DNA from: Mobula hypostoma
Taxonomy: Eukaryota
NCBI RefSeq assembly: GCF_963921235.1
Contig: NC_086097.1
Span: 148,988,001-149,052,000 of the forward strand
Direction: 5' to 3'
Length of the DNA: 64,000 nt
The notes below the pieces were generated by a model. That model searched no databases. It saw only the letters and a list, made by a program, of their open reading frames with translations, and had not been told where the DNA came from. This document shows positions 1-12,149 of this stretch, piece by piece. How positions within the stretch are numbered: the first letter of the stretch is position 1; each line of letters opens with the position of its first letter. The translations under genes and the position numbers were made by a program.

Positions 1-944
1 ATCTTCTAACATTAGTGCCGTAGAATTTCTCTTGATCATCTGATAGGGCTTATAGTCAGAAAGTCAGAACTCTTAAAGGTGAAATCTTCCCAGATGTTGC
101 ACCTATGTCAAATGGGGATATCTTATGTTTTGAACTATGGTTTTAATTTGTGGAATGTTCAAATAATAAGGCCAGGTCAGTACGAGAACTGGGTAATGGA
201 AAAAGGTGTTTTAATTTGATATATATGTTGTAAATACTGAACAGAGAATGAGAAAAATTATTGTAAATGCGTTAACAAGTTTTTGTTAGAGAAAAATTAA
301 AAAGACAGGTAGTCTTCTCAATTAAGTGCACAACTGTCTCTTAAATTCCTCTTGTCTCTCCACCTCTTAGTCTGTGGCTGTATTTCCATAGCAAAAAAGT
401 TTTATTTTTTTGGAAATAATTCCAAATTTAAGTAATCTGGTTTTGCTAAGTTTGAAAGAAGTCACACTAGAAGGTTTCAAAAGAACTGTGCCCTTGAGGT
501 ATGATTAAAAGATAACATCAGGACACAGTACATATCAAATAAGGATACTTTGCAATAAAGCAAGACAGCAGGACAAAACATGTCAGACAGTGCTGTTATG
601 TTAAAGCAAGACAGCAGGAAAAAGTGAGTCACAGGCATTGCAGACCAACCTGTTACATTAAAACATGCGTTGAAGTTTGCAAGTCACAGATGGACTAGTT
701 AAACTAACAAAAGAGAAGGACAGCACACACCTCAGCAAGACTTCCTGGAATTACATGGGTCATCAGCAACATGGTAACTCAGACAAAGTAAAGTGTCCAG
801 CAGTTTTCAAAAAATAAAGTCAACAAAGGTTGTAAGTAAGCACCTTAAGGAAGAGAATGAGCACAGATGAAGTGGTTTGGAAAGGGAATTTAAGAATTTT
901 TGGTCTTGCTATTGTGAGGAAGCGAGAAATGCACATGCCAAAGG

Positions 945-2150
945 CTAAGACCATATGACATAAAAGCAGAATTAGGCCATTCGGCCCACCGAGTCTGCTG
1001 CTATTCCACCACGACTGATTTATTTTCCCTCTCAACCCCATTCTACTGCTTTCTCCCCATAACCTTTGACACCCTGACTAATCAATAACCAATTAGCCTT
1101 TGCTTTAAATATACTCAGTGACTTAGCCTCCGCACTCACCTGTGGCAATGAATTCCACAGATTCACCACCTTCTGTTTAAAGAAATTCCTTCTCATCTCT
1201 GTTCTAAATGGGTGTCTCTTTACTCTGAGGTTGTGCCTTCTGGTCCTAGATTCCACCACTATAGGAAACATCCGCTTCACATTGACTCTATGCCATTTGG
1301 AAAATAGTTTTACTTCTTCCACCAAAGTGTATGGTGATACACTTCCCCACACCATATTCCATCTGCCACTTCTTTGCTCATTCTCTCAATATGTCCAAGT
1401 CCTTCTACTTCCTCAACACTACCTGCCCCTCCACCTATCTTCATATCATCTTCAAACTTGTCCACAAAGCCATCAATTCTTTCATCCAAATCATTGACAT
1501 CTAATGTAAAAAAAAACACACCCCTTTTGAACAACACTAGTCACTGGCAGCAAATCCAAAAAGGATCCCTTTATTCCCACTCTTTCTCTTCTGCCAATCA
1601 GCTAATGCTCTATCCATACTAGTATCTTTCCTGTAATACCCTCGGCTCTTATCTTGTTTAGCAGTCTCACGTGTGACTCTTTATCAAAGGCCTTCTGAAA
1701 ATCCAATGATTTTCCTTTGTTTATCCTGCTTCTTGTTTCCTCAAAGAATTCCCAACAGATTGGTCAGGCAAGATTTTCCCCAAGGCTGACTTTGGCCTTT
1801 TTTTGTCAATCTTTTCAAGTAGCCCGAATCCGCTTCCTTAACAATCGACTCCAACATCTTCCCAGTCACTGAGTTTGGCTAACTGGCCTGTAATTTCCTT
1901 TCTTCTGCCTCCCTCCCTTCTTGAAGAGTGGAGTAACAATTTTTCAGCCCTCTGGAACCATGCCAGAAGCTAATGATTCTTGAAAGATTATTACTAATGC
2001 CTCCACAATTTCTTCAGCCACCTCTTTCAGAACCCTGGGGTGTACACCATCTGGTCCAAGTGACTTATCTATCTTCAGACCTTTCAGTTTCCCAAGCACC
2101 ATCTCCCTAGTAATAGCAACTGTGCTCACTTCTGTCCTCTCACTCTCTAG
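945..2150 (-). mobile_element. CR1-type LINE, fragmented 3' part of ORF2 plus 3' UTR
   Basis: Minus-strand peptides 'NFFKQKVVNLWNSLP', 'KFEDDMKIGG', 'KSLGPDGVHPRVLKEVAEEI' are CR1 ORF2 motifs; many indels; ends approximate. Confidence 0.85.
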
Positions 2151-2151
2151 A

Positions 2152-2640
2152 AGTCAAAGAAATTGATGTTCATGCCATCAGGTGGAGGCTACCCAGATGG
2201 GATATGCAGTGCTGCTATGCCAACCTGAGTTTGCTTTCATCATGGCCCTGGACAGACATGGGAAAGGGAAGTCATATTTAAATGAGTAACCACTGGGAAA
2301 TCCTTCTTTCTGGAGCAGACAGAGTGAAGCTGCTTAACAGGTGTTCTGCCAGTCCGCGTCCGGTTTCACTGATGTAATGGAGGCTGAAGTGGGAGCACTG
2401 GTACAGTTGATGACCCCAACAGACTTTCAGGTGAAGTGTTACCTCAGCTGGAAGAACTGTTTGGGGCCCTGAGTGGCAGTGAAGAAGGAGGTGGAGGGGA
2501 GAGAGTAGTATTTGTCGCTCTTTCAAGGTTAAGTGACAGGAGTGAAATCCGTGGGGAGAGGCAAGTGGTCAAGCGAGTCACATAGAGAGCATCTCTGTGG
2601 AAAGCGAGGCGTGTTGGGGGGAAGGATATGCTTGGCATGA
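2152..2640 (-). mobile_element. Degenerate Penelope-like element fragment (RT/EN linker and GIY-YIG region)
   Basis: Reverse complement resembles 9460-9985 (e.g. gatgttcatgccatcagg...ctacccaga) with frameshifts. Confidence 0.8.
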
Positions 2641-5084
2641 TCCCATTGAAGATGGTTGCAGAATCTTAAATCTGGCAGAATCACATACTTTGCATGATTC
2701 TTCAGTGTTTCCTTGTGAATTCTACTCCCATTGGTTCCTGACCATAGGTGCTTACTTTTCTTCAAATTCCTTAAAACTATCTATGGAGTTCATATCTTTA
2801 CCACTAACAACTCTTCTTCCCATATTGCCCTCCTGTTCATGTCCTCCTTCTGTTACTTCATTCAGGTTTAGATGTGCCAATCTCCAGAGTGGCCTCCCCA
2901 ACTTCAAAACACCTGTGTCCTTGACTTACCATCTTAATGTTTTCTTTAACTCATGCCAAGTAGAAGGAAATAAACTGGGATTTTAAAATCTATTAAATAG
3001 ATGCATTATAAATACAAATAGTCTTTGTTACATTTTAAATACAAAACTCTGGGAATTTATAAAATGCCTTATGACCTTGGTGACTTACTTTCAACTCAAA
3101 TAACATTGACATAATAATGTATATGACTCTTTATGCGCCTAATGTATTCCAAGATGAGGAAATATTTTGGCCTTTAGTCCAATATCAATTAAGAGCTTCG
3201 ATTTAAAACTTGTATAGTAAACTAAATTCTTATTACTGGAGGTTTTTTATGCTCCATGTATGTTAAAGATTTCTGCCAATTCTATTGCTAAAGAATAAGG
3301 ACTGTAATATTTAGTCTTACATTTGTAAAAGTAACTGATTAATGTAATTCAGAAATTACATTTGCTGACTTAAAAGTATTAGCATAAACAAAACCTTCTC
3401 ACTTTTTGTGATTAATAACTGAGCAAACAAAGATACCAACAAAACCTCAGCATCGCCATTGCATTTAGAAACTTTGGGTTTGCTTTGGAGCAAGTTTTTA
3501 AAAACTATTTATTCTGATTAGTCAAAAAATGTCTCAAACCAGACCTGAATCCACCATAATTTGCAATATCAGAAGTACTTTAACTTGGAAATAGGAGTCT
3601 ACATAAATAACAGACAATGTTCTAATCCTAGCATCAAAAATCCATTTTGCATTCTTATTTCATTCACAATAATAGTATCTCTTTTTATTATCCTCATCTT
3701 TCCTTCCCTTGTTTTTTCTTATTTCCCTATTCCATCATCCCTCTCTTCATCTCTTGTCAAGCCTCTTTTTAGGTGGTTTACTATCAAATTAGATCAACCT
3801 CAAAAATATTTGGAATTATAATCAGACAGTAACCATATTACTCTTCAATAGAGTTAAAACAACAACATAATGTTATGTTGGTCCTTTGCTTTAACAGAAT
3901 CGGAGATTTGGGTGCAGTTATATTTATTTCCAATAACGTCTTCCTTGGGCTCCTAGGTCTTTCTATAGAAACAGTACACTCAGTTTATGACAAGGGAGAA
4001 AGGTTGTGACTTAATTTTACAAGCAAAGATGCTCAAAATTCAAAAAGAAGTCTTATTTTTTAAATTAAAATCTCTATTCACAAACTACCAGCCTCGTTTC
4101 CACAAACAACTATTAGGTATTTAGACCATCTACTTAAAATAAAAATTGGCACTCCCACCTACTCTAATGAACAAGTCCCCTTCCCTGCACTCTAATTAGC
4201 AACCCACTTCACTTAGTAATCTTACATCCTCTATTTAGTAGTCTCACATACTCCAATTAGTAATCCCACTTTCGCCTTTATATCAATTATTAACACTAGT
4301 AGCAACTATTAAAAGTTGTGAACATATCACAGCTCCCCTTTACCTTAATGCATCCTCTGGAAGCTGGTGCAGCCCAAACATTGCCTGACAGCCCAGATCT
4401 TCATGCACAATTCTTTAGAATGGGACTTCAACAAGTTTCAAACTTGTAGATGAACAACCGAATTGCAGTAGCTGCTGATGATCGGTCGGTGAAGAAGCAT
4501 TTATGGCACTAACCATCATGAGATTAACAATTTGTATTTATGTAGAGTAGTTTAAGAACATTTAAGAATTTAAGAATTAAATGTTAAAGAACATCTAATG
4601 CAAAATCTCATAAGAGATGTGAAAAGATGTGCCTAGTGAAAGAAGCAGAAAGTAATGGGCATCTTAAAGGATAAGAGGCAAGAGTGAAGTGGATTTAAAA
4701 TAAAAGTAGAAATTCTGGGACCTGGGGTGTAGAAAGCTGGAGTTGCAGATTAAGTATAGTGCAGGTAGGAAAATAAAGTGCAAGGACTGTGAGAAGGCAG
4801 AATGAGAGATCGGAAGTTCAGAAGACTATTATCTGCAGGATAGAAGCTGTCCTCAAGCCTCATGCTCTCAAACTTTTGTGTCTTTTGTCCAATGGAAGAG
4901 GGGTGGGTGGGGCAGGGGAGAGAAGAGAGAATGACCAGGGTGGAAAGGGTCTTTGGTTATGTACACTGCTTTCCCAGGCAGCAGTGAAGAGCAATTCTAT
5001 GAGATCATGAGCCTTTCTACTCCTGCTTTTCTGAAGAATTTTGTGTTTCACCTTGATCTTTGATGTTAGATCTCTAACCATTTA

Positions 5085-5970
5085 CCTATGTGAGGATGCT
5101 GTTTATTGACTGTAGCTCAGCATTTAACACCATCATACCTACAGTCCTGATTGAAAAGCTGTAGAACCTGGGCATCTATACCTCCCTCCGCAGCTGGATC
5201 CTTGACTTCCTAACTGCAAGACCACAATCTGTGCGGATTAGAAATAATATTTCCACCTTGCTGACAATCAACACTAGTACTCCACAGGAACTTGTGCTTA
5301 GCCCACTGCTCTACTGTCTTTACACCTATGACTGTGTGGCTAGGCATAGCTCAAAAGCCATCTATAAATTTGCTGATGATACAAGCATTGTTGGCAGAAT
5401 TTCAGATGGTAACGAGAGAGAGTATGGGAGTGAGATATTCCAGTTCTGTGAGTGGTTGGGAGCAAGATATTTCAGTTAGGTGAGTGGTGTCACAGCAACA
5501 ACCTGGCACTCAATGCCAGCAAGGCCGAAGAGCTGATTATGGACTTGAGGAAGGATGAGACAAAGGAACACAAACCAATCCTCATAGAGGGATCAAATGT
5601 GGAGAGAGCAAGCAATTTCAGCTTCCTGGGTGTCAGTATCTCTGATGACCTAACTTGGACGCAACATATTGATGCAGCTATAAAGTTGGCAAAACAGTGG
5701 CTATATTTCCTGAGGAGTTTGAGGAGATTTGATTTTTTAACTAAAAACACTTGAGAACTTCTACAAATGTACTGTGGAGAGCATTGTGACTGGTTGCATC
5801 ACCGTCTGGTGTGGGAGGTGGGGGGGGGCGCATTTTCTACGGCACAAGATCACAAGATTTTTTTGCAGTACTTATTTTAACTTAAGTATTTGATATATAT
5901 TTAATATAACTGTTACGTTTCTCTTTATCTATTTATCATGTGTTTCATTCTATTGCTACAGTACGGTTAT
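5085..5970 (+). mobile_element. Rex1/Babar-type LINE fragment (RT to 3' end)
   Basis: '[14 protein letters not shown]', '[10 protein letters not shown]', 'LNASKAEELIMD', 'FLGVSISDDLTW'. Confidence 0.85.
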
Positions 5971-6164
5971 TAAAGAAACTTGTAGTAGACCAGGGAATAG
6001 TCCTGAAGGATTAATAGCAACCTAAATTTGTCACTCAGGCACTTGAATGTAGATGATAAAAAGCTTGGCCTATCAGGGAAATTTTAAAGACAGTTGAAAT
6101 TGGAGCGATTTAAGGAGCAGATTCCAAAGCCAAGTACTTTGACAGTCAACAGCATGAACAGTTA

Positions 6165-6730
6165 TCAGAATTAGAATCAGAATCAGGTTTAAAATCACCA
6201 GCATATGTCATGAAATTTGTTAACTTTGTGGCAGCAATACAATGTAATACATGATAAATATAGAAAAAATGAATCACAGTGAGTATATAGTATGCACATT
6301 AAATAGTTAAATTAAGATAAGTAGTGGAAAAACAGAAAAAAGTAGTGAGGTAGTGTCATGTGTTCGATGTCCATTTAGAAATCAGATGGCAGAGGGAAGG
6401 AAGATGTTCCTGAATCGTTGAGTGTGTGCCTTCAGGCACCTGCACCTCCTTCCTGATGGTAGCAATGAGAATAGGGCATGTCCTGGTGGTGAGGGTCCTG
6501 ACTGACGGATACTGCTATTCTGAGATATTTCTCCTTGAAGATGCCTTGAATGAGACGGAGGCTAGTACCCATGATGGAGCTGACAAATTTAACAACTCTC
6601 TGCAGCTTATTTCTATCCTATGAAGTAGCCCCCCCCCCCACCCCAGCCATACCAGATGGTGATGTAGCCAGTCAGAATTCGCTCTACAGTACATCAGTAG
6701 AAGTTTTCGAGTGTTTTAGGTGACAAACTA
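6165..6730 (-). mobile_element. Rex1/Babar-type LINE 3' end
   Basis: (AGAATC)n tail at ~6165-6186 is the reverse complement of the (GATTCT)n tails at ~18330 and ~42810; homologous C-terminal coding stretch follows. Confidence 0.8.
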
Positions 6731-6875
6731 AATGGTAGAGTAAGTAAAATCTAGATGATTTGGTGCAAGTTTGAATGAAGGAAATGAGAAAGAAAACAAC
6801 AGAGGGATTTTAAAACAGGCATGTTCAAGTATCTGAAATATAGTTTAAGCCCACAATTCTTTTATAACTTGGAAG

Positions 6876-7034
6876 CAAGTTCCACCTCAGGACCAGTTCA
6901 AGTTCCACCTCAGGACCAGTTCAAATTCCACCTCAGGACCAACTCAAGTTCAACCTCAGGACCAACTCAAGTTCCACCTCAGGACCAATTCAAGTTCCAC
7001 CTCTGAGCCAAAGCAAGTTCTACCTCTGAACCAA
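6876..7034. repeat. 23-bp tandem minisatellite, about 7 units (consensus caagttccacctcaggaccaNNN)
   Basis: Units start at 6876, 6899, 6922, 6945, 6968, 6991 and 7014 with no spacers. Confidence 0.95.
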
Positions 7035-7176
7035 TGATGATTACAGAATGCAAATACTGATCAGGTTATGTAGCCAGAATAAACCATTAAATATTGGTTG
7101 ATTTAAGCGTGTCACTTCTCAATTTAATACTTTGGATGTAATGTTATAGGAATAAATTAGCTTTGTTGATATAGGG

Positions 7177-8060
7177 TCATAGAAAAGTACAGCACAGAAA
7201 CAGACCCTTCAGCCCATCTAGTCTGTGCCAAAACTATTTAAACTGCCTACTCCCATTGACCTGCACCGGGACCATAGTGCTCAATAACCCTACCATCCAT
7301 GTACCTATCAAAACTTCCTTTAAGTGTTGAATAAAGCTCGCATGCACCACACTTTCATGACTCTCTGAGTGAAGAAGTTTCCCCTCATGTTCCCCGTAAA
7401 CTTCTCACCTTTCACCCTAACCTATGACCTTTGGTTGTAGTCCCACCTAACCTCAGTGGAAAAAGCCTGCTTGCATTTACCCTATCTATACCCCTCATAA
7501 TTTTGTATAGCTCTATCAAATCTCCTCTCAATGTTTTATGTTCTAAAGAATATAGTTCTAACCTATTCAATCTTCCCTTATAACACAGGTCCCCGAGACC
7601 CGCAACATCCTTGTAAAGTTTTTCTGTACCATTTCAACCTTGTTTACATCTTTCCTGTAGGTAGGTGACCAAAACTGCACACAGTAATCCAATCACAAAC
7701 ATGAGAAAACCTGCAGATGCTGTAAATCCAAGCAACACACACAAAATGCTGGAGGAACTCAGCAGGCCAGCCAGCATCTATGGAAAAGAGTAAATAGTCG
7801 ATGTTTCGGGCAGAGACCCTTCATCACAATGATTCAGATTAGGTTTCACCAACATCTTATAAAACTTCAACATAACATCCCATCTCCTCTACTCAATACA
7901 TTGATTTACAGATTGAAGGGCAATTTGCCTAAGCTTTCTTTACAACCCTGTCTACCTGTGATGCCACTTTCAATGAATTATGTACCTGTGTTCCCACCAC
8001 ACTCCTCAGTGCCCTACCGTTCACTATATAACACCTACCCTGGTTGGTCCCACCGTTTGT
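7177..8060 (-). mobile_element. CR1/L2-type LINE 3' fragment, interrupted by a PLE terminal module
   Basis: Typical 3' UTR 'catagaaaagtacagcacagaaacag' and 'gaccaaaactgcacacagta' (YCVQFW on minus). Confidence 0.75.
7694..7826 (-). mobile_element. Non-autonomous PLE terminal module (SINE-like) with truncated hammerhead
   Basis: Reverse complement is homologous to 10289-10383; ends inside the CUGAUGA core. Confidence 0.85.
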
Positions 8061-8488
8061 TGTTTAACTACATTTATTTATTTGTTTCATTCTTATCTTA
8101 AGTGTCAGGTTATCTAATCCTAAATTAATAAAATAAAATCAGTAACAGATTTTCTCTGAATATGATCATACAACTACTTTAAAGGCAGCAGACCTATTTT
8201 TTCTAGCTATTGTTAGTCTTTGGCTATAATATTAACATGGTGCTGAGCACATACAGGTGGGAGGGCAGTAGTTAAATTAGCAACACAGATTTAATTTGAA
8301 TAGTATTTGAAATTTGTTGAGTGTTTTTAAGGCAGCTTTAGTGCACAAGGAAAAGAGGGTGGGGGAACATGATATACTGCAAATACACTGCAGATTTTCC
8401 ATTCTGTGAATGATTGCTCCTCTGGAAACTTTCTTTTCTGTCCAGTTGCCCACCTTACTTAACAATATTTCTTAACAATATAACAATA

Positions 8489-9988
8489 GAACTCGTTTCT
8501 GCATACCTCGACACTGTTTTATCACCCCTTGTTCAATCCCTTCCGACCTATGTTCGTGACACTTCTCACGCTCTTAAACTTTTCGATGATTTTAAGTTCC
8601 CTGGCCCCCACCGCTTTATTTTCACCATGGATGTCCAGTCCTTATATACTTCCATCCCCCATCAGGAAGGTCTCAAAGCTCTACGCTTCTTTTTGGATTC
8701 CAGACCTAATCAGTTCCCCTCTACCACCACTCTGCTCCATCTAGCGGAATTAGTCCTTACTCTTAATAATTTCTCCTTTGGCTCCTCCCACTTCCTCCAA
8801 ACTAAAGGTGTAGCTATGGGCACCCGTATGGGTCCTAGCTATGCCTGCCTTTTTGTTGGGTTTGTGGAACAATCTATGTTCCGTGCCTATTCTGGTATCT
8901 GTCCCCCACTTTTCCTTCGCTACATCGAAGACTGCATTGGCGCTGCTTCCTGCACGCATGCAGAGCTCGTTGACTTTATTAACTTTGCCTCCAACTTTCA
9001 CCCTGCCCTCAAGTTTACCTGGTCCATTTCCGACACCTCCCTCCCCTTTCTAGATCGTTCTGTCTCTGTCTCTGGAGACAGCTTATCCACTGATATCTAC
9101 TATAAGCCTACTGACTCTCACAGCTATCTGGACTATTCCTCTTCTCACCCTGTCTCTTGCAAAAACGCCATCCCCTTCTCGCAATTCCTCCGTCTCCGCC
9201 GCATCTGCGCTCAGGATGAGGCTTTTCATTCTAGGATGAGGGAGATGTCTTCATTTTTTAAAGAAAGGGGCTTCCCTTCCTCCACTATCAACTCTGCTCT
9301 TAAACGCATCTCCCCCATTTCACGTACATCTGCTCTCGCTCCATCCTCCCACCACCCCACTAGGAATAGGGTTCCCCTGGTCCTCACCTACCACCCCACC
9401 AGCCTCCGGGTCCAACATATTATTCTCCGTAACTTCCACCACCTCCAACGGGATCCCACCACTAAGCACATCTTTCCCTCCCCCCCTCTCTCTGCATTCC
9501 GCAGAAATCGCTCCCTACACAACTCCCTTGTCCATTCGTCCCCCCCATCCCTCCCCACTGATCTCCCTCCTGGCACTTATCCGTGTAAGCGGAACAAGTG
9601 CTACACATGCCCTTACACTTCCTCCCTTACCACCATTCAGGGCCCCAAACAGTCCTTCCAGGTGAGGCATCACTTCACCTGTGAGTCGACTGGGGTGATA
9701 TACTGCGTCCGGTGCTCCCGATGTGGCCTTTTATATATTGGTGAGACCCGACGCAGACTGGGAGACCGCTTTGCTGAACATCTACGCTCTGTCCGCCAGA
9801 GAAAGCAGGATCTCCCAGTGGCCACACATTTTAATTCCACATCCCATTCCCATTCTGACATGTCTATCCACGGCCTCCTCTACTGTAAAGATGAAGCCAC
9901 ACTCAGGTTGGAGGAACAACACCTTATATTCCGTCTGGGTAGCCTCCAACCTGATGGCATGAACATCGACTTCTCTAACTTCCGCTAA
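8489..9988 (+). pseudogene. PLE RT/GIY-YIG reading frame: uninterrupted but N-terminally truncated, with YIED in place of YIDD
   Basis: ORF track 8414..9988; the first ~25 codons come from flanking DNA and the junction; tac atc gaa gac at 8921-8932. Confidence 0.85.
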
Positions 9989-10282
9989 GGCCCCACCTCC
10001 CCCTTGTACCCCATCTGTTACTCATTTTTATGCACACATTCTTTCTCTCACTCTCCTTTTTCTCCCTCTGTCCCTCTGAATATACCTCTTGCCCATCCTC
10101 TGGGTCACCCCCCCCCCCGTCTTTCTTCCCGGACCTCCTGTCCCATGATCCTCTCGTATCCCCTTTTGCCTATCACCTGTCCAGCTCTCGGCTCTATCCC
10201 TCCCCCTCCTGTCTTCTCCTATCATTTTGCATCTCCCCCTCCCCCTCCAGCTTTCAAATCCCTTACTCACTCTTCCTTCAGT

Positions 10283-10320
10283 TAGTCCTGACGAAGGGTC
10301 TCGGCCTGAAACGTCGACTG
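10283..10320 (+). ncRNA. Minimal type I hammerhead ribozyme
   Basis: AGUC|CUGACGA|AGGGUCUCGGCCU|GAAAC|GUC|GACU: intact core, stem I AGUC/GACU, short stem II, palindromic ACGU stem III; predicted cleavage after C10315. Confidence 0.85.
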
Positions 10321-12149
10321 CGCCTCTTCCTATAGATGCTGCCTGGCCTGCTGCGTTCACCAGCAACTTTGATGTATGTTGCTTTAACAATATTTCTCTC
10401 CTTTTCCCTACCCTCTCCCCACCCCCCTCCCTTCAATGCAATTTACCATGCTGCATTGAAGTAATTATTGGAGTAGAGTAAAAATATTTTGCACTGGCTG
10501 ATTCAATATCAACTTTCAAATGGTAATTGGAAACATGTTTAAAGAGGAATTTTCCAGCTTGGCGAAAAAGTCAGCGGAATGGTACTAATTAGAATCAGGA
10601 TAGCAACTATGGGCCAAGTGGACTCCTGTGCTAATTTTAGACTACATATCTGTAGCCACTACTATATAGCATGCTTTTAATGTTATGTAGAGAGGGTGAA
10701 TCTGTGATTTTGTTGGGTACTGATATGTGTAAGTACATCATTGAATTTTTTTCTAAAATGTATCAATGAATATAGGATTTAACTTCAGAGTTATGGCACA
10801 AAAATATTAAATCTGAGTCGAAGCTTATTCAAGTTAAAAGTATTTAAATAAAGGTATAACATAATTTAATATTAAATTTAATCAAGTTTGAAACTTTATT
10901 GCAGCCTTATTCTGGCCAAAAGAAATTTCAGTTACCAAGAAGAGTGAAAAATCATTTTTATTGGTACATATAAGGAGCCATGATGATTAAATGTTTATGT
11001 ATATTTTTTCAATATGAAATGTTTACAAACTTCAATCGGATCATAAATATTTGTAAAGGAAGTTTACTTCCTAAATGTTGACTTGGCGGTGTTTTAGGAA
11101 TTAAAGTTGGTGGAAAGGAAATGCATGCCACGAAGAAACTGTTTCATAAATATAGATAAAACAAATAAGTAATGGTTTTATGAATCAAATAGTACATAAC
11201 TCAACAAATACGAGTCAATGGTACATTTTTACTCCATGTTGACCGAGTGAGGAAAGATTATCGTTAGCTGATGATTTATTTCATCATTAATTTAAATTCA
11301 GGTAACAGTGTGATAGAATGAGAACTTGTATTTGGTTTACAAGTCTGTGGCAATCAAAACTAATTCGGTGGAGCAGTGACTACGAAACTGTTGGACTATG
11401 GTGAAGAAACAAACTAGTTCAGTAATGAAGAAAATCATCTGTCTCTACCCAGTCTGGTTTATATTGGAGGCTTCATAAACCTAATATAGATCATCGTTTT
11501 AATAAACTCTATCCCCTCCCACCTCTACCTCATTTATGTTTAGCCCCTGACATTCTGGGCAGCTTTATAGTGAGGCCACTTGAAGTAGTCTGTCAGGATG
11601 TGCACTTGATGGAAAGAATGTATTGTAAACAATAAAGGTAAAAATCTAGGCTGTTAGTACAACCACAGGAGGAAAGTAGATTATGATCTCTCACCTTGAA
11701 GGATCAATGCTATTAAATTATTTAATACTACGTATGGACTTGAGTATAAGTGACATCAATATGAGAAAATTTGGCACCATATGATAACAAAGAGCCCCAT
11801 GTTCTCAGGGTGAAGCTGAACATAAATATACAGCAGATAATATGGGATCCCTTCCCATCTATTTTTCCAAAATATTTTTCTATACTGAGCTATACAACTA
11901 ATCATCTGCCTTCAGCAATCAGACTTCATTACAGAGTACAGTTACTGATATACTTTGACATGCTATTCACGGTTTGCTGTCACGCTGTCTCTGTGTCCTC
12001 GGCCTTCGGGTTGGCTGATGCAGCCGGCTGGTGTTCATCATTTCAGTTCTCTGCAATGACGTGGTTACGGAACCTTCACATCTCCACGCATTCTTACTGA
12101 ATTGACATTTGTATTTTCTTCCTATACACTTGTAATTTCTGTTACTTCT

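Larger units (their letters stand above)
8489..10383 (+). mobile_element. Young 5'-truncated Penelope-like element (Neptune-like), RT + GIY-YIG endonuclease + 3' terminal repeat
   Basis: Open frame with 'MDVQSLYTSIP', 'QTKGVAMGTRMGPSYACLF', 'LPFLD', Cys linker 'CKRNKCYTC', 'VIYCVRCSRCGLLYIGET'; 14-bp TSD ttaacaatatttct at 8459-8472 and 10384-10397. Confidence 0.95.

Noticed and set aside
6876..7034. CRISPR-like array of 23-bp repeats
   Set aside because: Units are head-to-tail with no unique spacers, there are no cas genes, and the context is eukaryotic
8414..9988. 524-aa ORF as a host gene or telomerase-like RT
   Set aside because: Bounded by a TSD, 5'-truncated, TTG start in the flank, and decayed paralogues are present in the window
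11000..12100. 3' LTR, integrase or env of the ERV
   Set aside because: No second copy of 14235-14754 and no recognisable integrase or env motifs by eye
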